64,000 nt of DNA from Amoebidium appalachense (Eukaryota > Protista > Ichthyosporea). Below the pieces are notes generated by a model, which did no database searches, was not told the DNA's origin, and worked only from the letters and a program-made list of their open reading frames with translations. Location: positions 6,510,001 through 6,574,000 of the forward strand of contig CAVNZM010000014.1 in NCBI GenBank assembly GCA_963693365.1. Direction: 5' to 3'. Positions within the stretch are counted from its first letter, which is position 1, and every line of letters starts with the position of its first letter. Shown one piece after another: positions 36,325-62,721 of this stretch. The translations under genes and the position numbers were made by a program.

Positions 36325-36401
36325 TTTTCGTCCTCCCAATGTTTCGGTGGTGGTTTTTTTTTTTTTTTTTTTTTTTTTTTCCACCTTCATCCCCTGGTTG
36401 G

Positions 36402-36506
<105 letters not shown>

Positions 36507-37199
36507 GGGGGGGGGGGGGCTTTTGCTCTAGAAGATTTACCATTGTCGGGGTGATTGTTCGTGGAGGCTAGGCTGTGCCAAATTTGGATGCGAAAGAAGT
36601 ATAATTGGGAAGGCAACGAGTATGGCATTTTTGGTGAAATGATCGAACGAGAAATAACTGTTGTGTACGTAAACGTAATGATTTCTGATGAAGTTAGAAT
36701 GTAATTTCTCTACTCCTGATATACAGTCATCTAGATAGTGTGCCGAACGTATACGTAGGTGGTATTCTTGATTCGTAGTGCTGAGTTATTCAATTCCGAG
36801 GTAAGATGTTAATTTGCTGCCGCTGACATGCAGTGAGGTAGATAGTTAAGTGTAGGTGGTTATTCTTGATTCGTAGCGCTGAATAATCCGAGAGATGGTT
36901 TGTGATATTCGAATTCACTGAGTGGAAATTTGAATGTGAATTGAATGACCTTCGTACGGTGTATACCCTTGCATGGGCAAAGCATTTTTGCATGCAAGTA
37001 TATATTTGTGTAAAGAATATGTAAAATGTTTAGTGTATTAATTCTGACTTGCATGTGTAGGAGATCCTTGTTCCAAAAAATGTGGGTGTAATATCTTCTA
37101 TCTAGCGTGTAGCCACTATAGATGGGCGGTGTCCATTTTGTAAGTTTGTGAAGCGATCAATATAATTGAGCAACGAATTCGAATCAAATTTGTGGCCGA

Positions 37200-37277
<78 letters not shown>

Positions 37278-37517
37278 TGTGCTTGTGCACGCGTGTGTGT
37301 GCGTTCATGTGTGCACGTGTGTGGGTAGGGTGTGTCAGTGTGTGTCTACATGTCTGTGCGGGTGTGTACACCACGTACATGTGTGTGCCGTGTGTGTATA
37401 TGTGCATGTGCATGTGCATGTGCATGTTTTTGCGTGCGTGCGTGCGTGCGTGTACATGTGAATCTGTATATTAACGGTTGAGCCTGCGCAGGCGGGGACG
37501 GGGGACCGGGCGGGCCG

Positions 37518-37550
<33 letters not shown>

Positions 37551-38023
37551 CAGCATCAACGTACGTTTCCTCAACAATTCAGAGCCTTGTGACATGGTGT
37601 CTAAATAATTGACTCTGGGCCAGCATTCCAAACACACATTGTCTTAGAGGCTTTATTCTTTTATCTCCTCCCCCCCTAAAAAGACAACACTCACGCGATA
37701 CACATGTATCCACGCGGTGACCCAGCTTATACACTAGGCACCTGCCACAACAGTTCTCGTTTTTGAGCATATAAACGGAAAATTTGTTTGTGCTGTGAAG
37801 AATTCTAAACGACCGTACATGGACGTGTGATTTTTTCTCCTTACAGATCGTGCACAAAAAAAAAAACACTTTTAAAACCATCTACCATCACAATTGCTAA
37901 ATAGCCTGCAAATCGATGCGATCGCCTTTGGCAGTAACACCATGAAACATCCAGATATACACCACAACCTTTTCACCATATCCAAATCCGGGAAAATCAA
38001 ATTCAATTCTCGCTAAAGGGCAA

Positions 38024-50711
<12,688 letters not shown>

Positions 50712-51734
50712 GTTTGCAGGAAAAGACTTGGAGTCACCTGGCCCTTGACTGCCCCCTCAGTTCCAGCTGCTTGCTACCCTTGCTACACTCAATTCAGAGG
50801 GAAGAAATCAAGGCCCATGCGGATAAAACTACCAAAGATGCGATGTAATGACCCATGAACATAGGCGAGAGCTATTCTTTCTTCAGAGTTATAACGTCGC
50901 ATCTGTCACTGCAGCAGCTGCAGCTGAAACCGTGCAGTACTGAAAGAGAAAGAAGACCCTTACGTAAGTTGGCAAAGGGATCTAGGATTTTGCGTAAATG
51001 TTTACAGAGCTTGATTGGTTCATAGTGCACCGTATTGGTGCGTCGTCATATTCAGTCTGCTCACACCTGGCACGTACTGTACTAGGCTGTGCCCTCTAGC
51101 CTATGTACGATAAATCGACGCTCTATTTTTCAAGGTAGGTGAGTCCCGTTATCAGCCGCTCTCCGTATCCTACTCCGTATCGTCTGCGTCTCCTTGAAAA
51201 ATAAGAACTACCTCAGAAGGTAGCAGCTGCTCAACTGGCCTCAGCAGCTCTCAGCCGCACCACCAGCTGTCACCACTGGCACTGGTGCTGGTGCTGCAGC
51301 AGCAGCCTGCGGCGCAGCTGCGGCCAAGAAAGGGTTCAGTCTAATCGTGAACTGAAATACTTATGAAGCCCCTAAAGCTGTACAAAGCTCCGAATGATGC
51401 CGTGCAACAAGGCCTTTTGTACTATATCGGAGGCCTTGCTGCGAACACAGGGTCAAAGTGGTGTAAATAAAAACTCTGCCAGGAAATCCATGGAGACGGC
51501 GTGTGATAACCATGCAAAGCCCACATGCATGTGGAACCTCTTTATTCTCTATCTTTCCAAGCCTATCTTTCTCTCTCCCTCTTGGCCTCTTGGCCCTCTT
51601 CCTGTCATTGTCCCTCTCCCTCTAACCCCCTCCCCCGCCCCCTCTTTCTCGCTCTTTGAGGCTTTCTCAGGCTCTCTCTCTTTTTTCTCGCACACACACA
51701 CACTCTCCCTCCCACCCTCCCTCTCTTTCTACTA

Positions 51735-51862
<128 letters not shown>

Positions 51863-51902
51863 CGCTCATCTACTCACTTTTTCTCTCCTCTCTCTCCCTC
51901 TG

Positions 51903-51991
<89 letters not shown>

Positions 51992-52109
51992 GCTCGTTCT
52001 CCCTCTCTTTCTCTTTCTCCGTCTCTCTCTCTCGCTCTCTCTCTCTTTTGCTCTCTCTCTTCTCTCTCAATCCCCAGCTTTCGAGTCTCTCTCTCTCTCT
52101 CTCCCCACC

Positions 52110-52154
<45 letters not shown>

Positions 52155-52474
52155 CCCCTCCCTCCCTCCCACCCCCCCACGCCCCTCCCCCCGGCCCCCC
52201 GGCCTATCTCTCTGCCTCTTGCTCTCGCTCCCTCCCTCCCTCCCTCTTGCGCGTTCTCTCTTTCACTTGCTATATCTCTATCTCTCCTGCGTTTACTTTG
52301 AGTACCTCGCCCTCTCTTTCCTCATTCCGCCTTTTATTCTTTTTTACTGAAAGGCGTGCGTACACACTGTGGCACACACACGCACACACGCACACAACAC
52401 ACGCAGCTGTTACACACATACGAACACGGAACTGGCAACCTGCGTGTAAGCATGCACATGTACATACACATACC

Positions 52475-52602
52475 TAAACACACAAACGCAGTGCACGCAC
52501 ACACAAACACGTGCACAGCGTCACAAACGCACACACACCTAAACTCACAAACGCAGTGCACGCACACACAAACACGTGCACAGCGTCACAAACGCACACA
52601 CC
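52475..52602 (+). repeat. ~65-bp tandem duplication (2 copies)
   Basis: cacaaacgcagtgcacgcacacacaaacacgtgcacagcgtcacaaacgcacacac occurs twice. Confidence 0.85.
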
Positions 52603-53642
52603 ACGGCCCTCTGGTTCGAACACACGCCCGTGACTGTCACTGCAAGCGGCTGCGCAGGCGCCGGGCCAGTCAGGGCCCACGGGGCCAGTGTGACAAGTCT
52701 TTGAGCTGTTCGGATCATAGGAATGTGGAAGGCTTGTGGCTTTTCCCGTTTACAGATCCTCCTAGATCTCTTTTGCCTGTTAAACTTGTGGCGCACTAAA
52801 GCCAAATCAACGTGGACCGTGGCCCGTGGTCATGTGTCAAAAATAGATTTCTTCAATATTATACAACGCAGATACTTATTGAGAATAGATAAGAAGATGA
52901 TTAGTGATTTCTCTTGTTCTCTGTATCAAAAATGACATAACCCCGGAATCTGGATTACCTGCATGTCACTAATTTACACTAAGTGATATATGTTCTGATT
53001 GATGAATTTGCAATTGCTTGGCGCCCTTATGTATAGGGGGTTTACACACTTTTTATTGCGTGGACACTGCCAGAGGTGAGCCACATTCGACGGCCAACTG
53101 CGTTTTCCAGCGCAGCCAATCAAATGCAGCCAGTGACATATGCACATGCTAGGCAACAATGAGCGCCATCGTAGACACCCCTACATATGATGGGTAAGCA
53201 GAGGCTAGCATCGGTAGCTCCGAAAGAAAGTTAAGGCACCGGATCACAATATCATACTGTGCAGCATTAATAAGGTGATCTAGGATAGTCATCTTAAAAC
53301 GGATATATTGAGGAAGAGAGGAAGAAAAGAGAATAAAACCGCCAATAACCTCGGGTTCTAATACGTTAGCCTTCAGGTTGTATAGGGTACCACTTGGCCG
53401 TGCCGCCGTGCACGTGGCGGCCTCGGCCTGAATAATTCCAAGGCAAGTAGAGGATAATAAGACCACAGCTAATTTATTTAAGAACCATTATTTACTTTCC
53501 ACATGTTAATGTTCGCGTGGCTGGGGGTTGATACCCTGGGCAAAGTGTGTACATATAGTTAGGATTGTTATAGGTGTGTTAGTTTAGCTAACTTATAATA
53601 GCATCGTAGCTATAGCACCATACGGCTAGAGTACTACTAGTG

Positions 53643-53718
53643 CTGTCGGTGCTGGGTGGAAGACGGTAGTTCCCCCTGAGGGCCCCTAGGGGCACCTCCG
53701 GGAACAAAACGGGATAAA
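53643..53718 (+). repeat. Transposon-end-like repeat, inverted homologue of 61152-61236
   Basis: gtcggtgctg.gt..aagacggtagttccc...ggcccct...gggaa.aaaa.gggataaa is shared in opposite orientation. Confidence 0.7.
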
Positions 53719-55109
53719 TTATATTAATAAAAAAAAATGTTTATGTTCTTTCTATCTCTCTATCCAGTCCGTAGAAGGAAAAGACCTACAGTACTGGACC
53801 TGGTACACAAGCCCGTGCTGTGAAGAGACCCACAGAGTTTTGGAGGTCCACAGCGAGCCTTAATGCACCAATCATTATGTAGCCCTGGATCAGCGCAAAG
53901 AAGTTTCGCACCAATCGTATCGGACCTTCTCACAAAGTCAGCTGAGCTGTCCCACTGAGGTAAGAGAATATAAGCTCGCATTACACAGAATTTCTCAAGG
54001 CTTCAGTCCTCGAAAATATGAAATATAAAATATCTGCCTGCTCTTCCATAGGGCACGCATAATAGAAATAGCGTGCTGACTGCCTGAGCAGGTACATTCG
54101 AATTCCTTGACACAAATGTGGGAATTTAGCTCGCGTGATCAGTTCGAATTCTACAAAACTCGAAGGTTCTACAGAGTCCGACCCCATCACCATCAGTTGC
54201 AACGTCCAATAGAAAAGGCACTGGAAGTATCTTATATTGCTACATCTTCATATATTTTTCCTTTATTGTACGTCATCTACCCTTATTATCAGTAAGGTAT
54301 TGTCCCCAGAACTGAGTCATCCTCAAAGGAAACGGTCTGCTCGCATCGCGCTTGATTAGCCAATCGGTGGAGGGTATGTTTCACGATGATGTGATCCTTA
54401 GTAATAGCCGGTGAAATCTGTGTGCTCAACTGACCGTCCTATTGGCCTTCTGTTTTCGCAAACACGGAAATCGAATCAGACAATCATCAATGCGAGATCT
54501 TGCAGTTGTATAAAGAACTGTGTTAGGATTCAAAGTAGTCGTCGAAACGTGTAGTAATTTATTTTTATTTAAAATATTATTTTAAGTATTTTTTTGCAAA
54601 GCTGGTGGTTACTGACACTACTCCGATTCTTTAACCGTGCTCTTCTCAAGCTTTTACCGCCAGAAGCCTTTCCAGGATGACCGGCATTTTCAACTATAAT
54701 TCGTGAAATATCATTAGCTCATGGCTCTGCTTTTCTATCTGAAGGCTGGTAAACTATGCCTAATGCTCATATTTTCGGGACGTTCCCTATCCACAATAAT
54801 AGTATAACACTCTAAACATTCACTATAAAATTTCTACCCCCTTGTATAAACGTTAAACACTATAGCATAAATTACGAACCACTGTGCCCCATTTCCTTCT
54901 TGACACTATTAGAAGTTGGTCTTTTTCAGCCTGTTCGCAAATCAGATTCCGCTTTGCATTTGCCCACCTTGCCGAAGTCCGATTGGTTTGTGAGCCACCC
55001 TTCAGAAACTATAGAAATTGGGATCAGTGACAACAAACGACAGATTGTCCGAGAAACATATACTTCCCTAGAACCGTTTCTTTCGACTCTCTTCTACTCA
55101 AGCTCCAAA

Positions 55110-55798
55110 ATGTCTCTCGTAAACGTGTTTTCAGTTGCGCGCCCATGCACGCTTGCCCCTGCCGCTGTTTTGTTGCGTCAGTTGACGCAGACAACAACGA
55201 GCAGGACTTCCCTTATGGACTGGCCGGACATGTCACCTGAGGACAAGAAGGTGAGTGCGAATGCCCATGCAATTCCTTGTGACCCCATATGACATGCTCA
55301 CAAAGTATCTGCCGGGAACAACCCTCTCACATCAGTTCTCGGACAATCTGTCGTTTGTTGTCACTGATAGACACTCTCTTCTATTCTCTCCCTGTTTTTT
55401 CCAACGCCCCAAATGCATCACCCTCCACACCACCTGCCGCAATGCATGACCACCCCCCAAAACATAGGATCGTGTTTTTGCACATGGCGCTTACCAGATT
55501 TCTTCATTCAGGTGTACGCTGCATTCCGTTCCTCTGCCAACAAGGACACAGGCAGCTCCGCCAATATCTTTTCCACACGCACCAGCACACCCGACACCAA
55601 ACTGAGCAGCCAAGGAATACTTCGCAAGGTGAACGACTCTGTTCTTGGTCGTCGCAACCTGCACACAGCCCCACACAGACAGCCCGAGAGTGACTCGGAG
55701 AGTGTGCTCCAGTTCAGACGGCCTCAGGGGAGCATAACTCCAGAGGACCAGGAGGTAAGATAAAGTTTTACTGTCTATGGGGGTGGAATATGTTTCCT

Positions 55799-55850
<52 letters not shown>

Positions 55851-56237
55851 CATAAGGAGGGGAGGCGGGAGGGGACGAAACAGGCTTGCACTACGAGAAT
55901 TTGTAGATTTTTATGGAAAATGCTGGGTAGTATCAGCTGGAGCATCTAGGTAGGGCTGGAGAGGTCACACGTTTTGTGGTGCATTTTTCTCGAATTTTTG
56001 CCTGTGCAGTACATCAGTATCCAAGCAACACACATTCAGTAGGCACGAGTGAAGATTTATTGACTCTTATCCCTTCCCTCCCCACAGGTGCGCAATGCTT
56101 TCTTCCAGTCTGTGGGTGCTCAGGGTGGTGTGCGTCTCTCCCGTCCCTCTTCTCCCGACGATGTCGTTCGTGCCGCTTTCCGCAAATCAGTCGAGACCAT
56201 CCGCGAGGAAAACCGCACCATCTACACAAGAAATTAG
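55110..56237 (+). CDS. 3-exon 177-aa orphan protein with three internal repeats and a presequence-like N-terminus
   Basis: Exons 55110-55250, 55512-55754, 56088-56237; GTGAGT and GTAAGA donors, CAG acceptors, both introns phase 0. Repeats SPEDKKVYAAFRSS / TPEDQEVRNAFFQSV / SPDD-VVRAAFRKSV. Confidence 0.8.
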
Positions 56238-57350
56238 GGTTGGAAATCCGGAAAATTTAGAAGTGCAAAACGGATATGATACAAAGCAGCATATACGGTG
56301 TATGTGACGAATGTAGGCACACCAGTTATTCTGCCACGCGCGCCCAGTTTTTTGCCGCAAAGTAATTCCTCTGCCCAGTTTCTGTATTCCTGTTAACACA
56401 TTTTTCATTGCACTATGATAGAACGTCACCAAAAAATCGAAAGACGCTGCTTCTGAAAATGACTGATATTAGCCAGACAAACAAGAAGAAAAAAAAAAGG
56501 AAAATAACCAGGCCGTCACAAAATGAAGCTATAGCTTTGTGGGCAAACTATGGAAAGACCAGGCAACAATGCCGTATGTATCAAAACGATATCTAGAATG
56601 TTACGAGAATGTATATAAGCTGTGTATGACGGTAAACTCTTGAATAAAAGTTATTCAAAGCCCAGATCTGTGAATCACGTGGCATCCGGTAGATATTCCT
56701 TGGCAGTGGCAACAGCATGCCAAATATGGCAGTTTTTTGGCACCTTAACCACAAACCCTTTCTGGTCTGCGCGATTGAGCTGGTCCACAATTCATAAACA
56801 TGATTGGAACAGAGAAAGTGCATGCACCTGTGAAATTCAGATTTTTAAAGACGATGCATTCACAGCCACGACAGGTGCAACACACACGACTGGCACTTCC
56901 ACGAACACACTATCTACTGACCCAGGACAATCGGATCTGTTAATGTTTCAAAGGGTGAGCTTAATTTTCCGGGACCCACAGTATTCCGGCATGGCCCCCC
57001 ACCACCACCACCACCACCCACCGAACCACCTTTCTCCACCCCCCACCAACACACACACACACACACACACACACACCACAGCATCCAACAGGAAACACCC
57101 ACAAGCGGAATCTAGGTCTACAGGTGTACACATGACCCGTCCGTGTTTTTGTTTTTCCCGGAATTCCCTAGTCATCGTGTTGAATTCATACCCTTACGCA
57201 TACCCCGCCCTACCCCAGAGGATCTGCTTCATATTGATGCACACACCGTTAAGTTTTTCAGCGTGTGCTTTGCAAAATCTGCACTGATCGTGTTTTTCAT
57301 CGTCCTGTCCTGTATCTTGATTGCACCGGGCTCCAGCTGCGCGCCACACC

Positions 57351-57386
<36 letters not shown>

Positions 57387-57932
57387 GCCTCCACTCGCTA
57401 TGTTCCTGACTCCTCCTCCCCCCCCCTTCCCCCTCCCCCAAACCATGGGGGCTACACATTCATCAGTGCCAGGGGCTTCCAGAGGCACGGCCTGACCTGC
57501 CCGTACACTTTGTGTGTTTTCCAGCAGAGCCAATCAGAGGTTCAGGGGGAGTCCCGCACCTTCTCTCTCTCTCTTCTCGTCTCTTCTCTACTGCTACTCT
57601 AAGGGCCTTAGTTAGCTGTGATCCCTAGTTAGGTTAGGGGCTCTACTTTTATTTGAAGCTTCCGTCAGTCCGGTGACGTATGCACTGTAGTTTTTGAATA
57701 AATCCGTAAGCCTGGATGCAGAACACTACCCCCAGACCCCAAACACAAAGCCCACAAACCAGTGACCGCTCACTGGAAAAAAAATAAACATAATACCCAG
57801 ACCCCCCCCACCCACCCACGCCCTGTCGGCGGCACCCAATTGAAAATGCAGGCACATACACAGTAAAGCGAGTGCGACCCACAATATAATACACCGTTAC
57901 ACAGCAGCAACCACCACACTACAAGACATGGG

Positions 57933-57998
57933 ATACGAAATGCACCCTACAGCACCACCACACCATACGAAATGCACCCTACAGCACCACCACACCAT
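57933..57998 (+). repeat. ~32-bp perfect tandem duplication
   Basis: atacgaaatgcaccctacagcaccaccacacc occurs twice. Confidence 0.9.
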
Positions 57999-58343
57999 AT
58001 TAGACCCCCCCCCCCCCCCCCCCCCCCCTCCCCCCCCCCCAAAGCAAAAGGAGAAAAAAAATTTTTTTTCAGTGCTGGACCCCTAGATCAAAACGGCATT
58101 AATGGGTAGCAAGACATTGAATATAAGCTGGCCCAAGTAATCGTTTTTGCGAGCCGCTATTGGTCAGTGCATAGCTATGATAGCAGCCACGGCACTGCTT
58201 CGCATTCGGCCACCTAACCGAAAGTGATGGTGTAAAACGATAAACAAGAAGGAAAGAATAAAAGTAAAATCACCAATCACCAATCACCAATCACCATCAA
58301 TCCCGGTATCAGACTCCAGTGTGTGTGTGTGTGTGCGTGTGTG

Positions 58344-58428
<85 letters not shown>

Positions 58429-58857
58429 CATGTGTCCTTGGGTGTGTGTGTGTGTGTGTGTGCGTGTGTGCGTGCGTGCGTGTTGCTGCAAGATGCTGCA
58501 AGCAAAAAGTGTGGTAAACGCATCTTCAACAACTGCAAAACAGGAGCCTACGAACTTCAAAGAAACCAGATGGGCCCACACCCAGGTCGCTGCAAGATGC
58601 CCCAACATTCAAACACATCAATCAACACAGTTTCCACACAATTTTTTCAGCCTTCGGCACATTCAATCACCCATCTTTTCCTTCGTCTCTAACCCACCCA
58701 CTCAATCGGCAGAATTCAGCTTGCTTATAACATAATTAATCAGCAAAAAGCAAAATTGCTCTTCTCACGGCACCAGAATAGACTTCGTCCAATCCTAATA
58801 ATTTCCACTTTTTGCACAATAATTCTGCCCCAGCAGTTTTTTTTTTCTGTTTTTTTT

Positions 58858-58940
<83 letters not shown>

Positions 58941-58956
58941 TTAGCAAGTATGATCA

Positions 58957-59156
58957 GGCACGTGTGTGTGTGGATTTGCAACCCTGTAAGGGGGAACTGT
59001 GCACCCACTGACATCCACATGAGGGGAGCAGGGGGGGGGGGGGGGGGGGGGGGGGAGAAGGGGGGGTCCGTTTTATTGAAAGCCAATCACGTGCACGCAT
59101 CCGATCCCCATACACTCTCCTTCTGGGATGCTTTGTGATGCTTTCCAAGTTTCTCT
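58957..59156 (+). repeat. Dispersed ~200-bp repeat (second copy 62773-62985)
   Basis: Shared ggcacgtgtgtgtggattt.c.accctgtaagg and ccaatcacgtg.ac..atccga.ccc.tacactctccttct.gga.gct blocks. Confidence 0.75.
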
Positions 59157-59949
59157 GTACGAGTCTTCAGGGACGAAACAATACTATGGGGTAGCAAGAC
59201 ACAAAATAGCGGTGGAAGCGACTGTTGTAGAGATATCTGATTGGTCATTATCGAAAGCTTATGAGCCTATCGAAATCTTTTGCGTCCTTTCTGAATCTTT
59301 TTGGCGGAAAATTTCGTGATATCACGTCCCAGCCTGCAAACCGCAACACAAGTCAGACAGTGTGTGTACGGCCCGTTTCGGTTTATGAGTTTTCATTTGG
59401 TTTTAGCGGGCCTCGCTTTTTTCCTATTCCTGTTTTTCTGTTTCCTGTTCACTATCTCATTTGCGTGTTTTATCGAGTTTCCAGTCAGTGAGTGTTGTTT
59501 TCGACGGTGCGTGGTTGCCGCAAAGTTTTTGAATGCGTTATTTGTCGGCTGAAACAGCACCGTGGCTGCTATGCCTTTGACCAATAGGAGCTCGCTAAAA
59601 AAGTTGTAGACCGTTTTTTTTGTGTCTTGCTACCCCATATGAGTAGGCTGAAAGGGAGACCGAGATAATTGAGTAGATGGGGCAGGGAGTGGGGGGGGCA
59701 AGGGTGGGATTCACCATGTTTATACTGTTTGGCCTACACGTAGTGGGGATTAGCGAGCGCGAAAAGGGGAGGTCCCTTTATCTTGCCAGGGGAAGGGGGG
59801 CGGGGGGAGGGAAGGGGGGGCGGGGAAGGGGGGAAGAGAGAAGGGCGGGGAGAGGGGACGGGGGGGGGGGGGGGGGGGAAGGAGGTGAAGGTTAGGGGGA
59901 GGGGCAGGGGGTGGCGGGGGAGGGGGGAGGGGGGGAGGGGGGTTAGGGG

Positions 59950-60022
<73 letters not shown>

Positions 60023-60247
60023 TGCGCCGCGCCCTTGCGTGCGTGTGTGCATCGAAAGAAGCGGCAATCTTGTGCACATTCAGTCAATGTCAGTGTATGC
60101 CGGCTTTGAGACCGTAGTCAAAATTCAATCCACACCCAGATACCATTCTTGCTATTTGCAAGCTGGTTGAGGAATCGGGAAAATAAAATGCAGATTCGGC
60201 AACGCATACGCATGGGCCTATCCTCAGTGGTGGGGGGGAGGGGGGGG

Positions 60248-60390
60248 AGCACTCTAAACTCTCCATTGAGTAAGAAGTACACATTCACAACCGACAACAC
60301 AATGCAGAGTGCAAATACACATAAAGAGTATTCATAACAAGTAGAGCCCATCCTCAAGGGAGGCCCTCGTCCCCCACAATGTCCGAGGGT
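60248..60390 (-). mobile_element. Diverged copy of the poly-C-embedded repeat
   Basis: Minus strand tgaggatgggctctacttgttatgaatactctttatgtgtatttgcactctgcattgtgttgtcgg..., bounded by G-runs. Confidence 0.8.
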
Positions 60391-60591
60391 GGGGGGGAGG
60401 GAGGGGGGAGGGGGAGTGTTTACCTTGGACCCCCCCCCCCCCCCCCCCTTTCCTCCTCCCCTCTACCCCCTCCCCATTCCCTTCCAGAAGAAGCAAGTTG
60501 ATATTTTTATTAGCCCCTTCCCCTCCCCATCAAATACGAATAATAACAACATACTTGATTGATTGATTTCAATCACATCCGGCACCAAGTC

Positions 60592-60634
<43 letters not shown>

Positions 60635-60818
60635 AACCCCCCAATTGGCCCTCTCCCTCCTCCCCACTTTACCTTCCTACCTTCCCAGCCCCGCCCCCTC
60701 CCCCTCCCCCCTCCCCGCCCCCTTCCCCTCTCTGACTGGTTCACTCGTTCTCCCCGAGTCCCCCTACCCCGGACAGTCCCCCCCCCCCCCCCCCCATCTC
60801 CCCCCCACCTCCCTCCCC

Positions 60819-60849
<31 letters not shown>

Positions 60850-61151
60850 AAAAAAAAAAAAGAACAAAACTCACCCTCACTCCACACAGGGATGTGCAGG
60901 TGGGGGGGGGGGGGGGGGGGGGGGGGGGAGAGGGGAGGGGGGGGGGGGGGGGGGGGGGGAGAGAGGGGAGGGGGGGGGGGGGGGGGAGGAGGCAGGGGGG
61001 GATATGTGGTTAACTATCTAACCCACAGGCATCATACTTGTGAGAGGTTTCATTCTGCATTACACACAAAGCTTTCGTATTATCCTTAGGCCACCAGGGA
61101 TTCGTTCCCCCCCCTCCCCCCGCCCGTAATATTTTAAAGTTTTTGAGTCTT

Positions 61152-61236
61152 TTATCCCATTTTATTCCCCGGTGGAAGGGTTGGGGGCGTAGGGGGCCGT
61201 TATGGGAACTACCGTCTTCATACTCAGCACCGACTG
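61152..61236 (-). repeat. Transposon-end-like repeat (TA|CAGTCGG on the minus strand), inverted homologue of 53643-53718
   Basis: Starts CAGTCGG after TA, like the 11687 MITE TIR. Confidence 0.7.
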
Positions 61237-62367
61237 TACGTATTCTAGCTAGGGCGCGCGCTTTTGGTACAATCAGCTAAGCCAAGGCCAGGGGCCTTTG
61301 CCTATCCTAACTATTGTAATAGTACACACAGAGCCCAGGGGTTTTGCCCTAGTCTCCAAGGCTATGTACCCGCTGGCTTACGTAAGTGGACGTCTCCCGC
61401 TGGGCCTATGAAGCTGTATTCACGAATCAAATCGCTCGTTGATCCTCGATCTGTTACATAATCTGTATTCATCAATCAGATAGCCCCAACAATTTTCAAA
61501 TTTTAATAAAAGCATAACGATTGGCTTTTTAAAATGACTGGGAAGACATTATCATGTTTTTTGTTTACTCATTGTTTACTTATTTTAACACGGTTTGCGT
61601 ATATTCGAATTAACCACAAACTAGATAAATAAATGCCGTGACATCACGATCAAACATTTTCTAGTGACTTTTGCCTGCGCCAACATAAAAAACATAAAAA
61701 TAAAAAATAAAATAAAAAAAACAAAAAATAAAAAATAAAAAAAAACTGAGAGGCTGCACGGAGACAGCACTCAAAGTGATTTGCCCCGAACTCAGCAGCA
61801 GCACCAGATCTCCCCCCCAATCAAAGCCTACTAATAAAAATTTTCCACGGACTCTCATTGGTTCAGGCTACGATGCGTCAAGACTTTTGCCCGACTTTTG
61901 GGCGCGATTGCGGTGCACTAAAGTGGTTAAAATGCATCATAACATGGTGGTGCTTATGGTGGAAATGGGTGTGGTTTTTGGGAATGGCGGCGGTGATTTG
62001 CTGCTACCTAGCAGTACGAGTATGTTGGTCTGTAGCACAGGTTTGCTTTTGTGTTGTATGCCAACAGCCGGTGTTGCACGGCTGGGTGGGTCTGTGTGTG
62101 TGCCGGCACGTGTGGCATGCTTCTTGCCAAAAATGTTGCCATGCTTTCCGGCTCAGGGCGGCTGATCGATCGATTGGACTTCGGCGGGAATCGGAATCAT
62201 ATGAGCTGAGTAGATCCGCAAATCCCCCCCGTAGAACTTGAGTTAATGGATGGTTCCGGAAATCCCACCGCCCATATATCATTATTTTTGGGTAATCACT
62301 ATTCGGTCAGATGGTGCACGTGGGGAAAGCTGGGTGGGTGGGTGGGTTGGGGTGGGGTGAGGAGGAA

Positions 62368-62409
<42 letters not shown>

Positions 62410-62410
<1 letters not shown>

Positions 62411-62688
62411 CAGGAACAGGCAATAGGATTCAACAGAAACGAGAGGTTGGGGGAAGAAAGGGGTCACATTGTTGTGTGTGTGGGGGGGGGGGGGGGGGGA
62501 AGGGGGGGGGGGAGAGCGGGGGGGAGGGGGAGGGGGCGGGGGGAGGGGGGGGGGGGGGAAGGGGGCCAGGAACAGGCAATAGGATTCAACAGAAGCGACA
62601 TAGTGACAAAAAGACCTTCTGCTGAGATTTCTTGATGGAGGGCGGGGAGAGGTTGGGGGAAGAAAGGGGTCACATTGTTGTGTGTGTG

Positions 62689-62690
<2 letters not shown>
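62410..62690 (+). repeat. Local duplication of two modules separated by G-runs
   Basis: caggaacaggcaataggattcaacagaa twice, and gagaggttgggg(g)aagaaaggggtcacattgttgtgtgtgt twice. Confidence 0.85.

Positions 62691-62721
<31 letters not shown>

Noticed and set aside
53149-53466. 105-aa minus-strand ORF (also 56622-57287 and 61776-62241)
   Set aside because: No motifs and no supporting splice chain; compatible with chance ORFs or decayed transposons.
57608-57640. TTAGG/TTAGGG-like words as an interstitial telomere
   Set aside because: Only two or three imperfect units; expected by chance.
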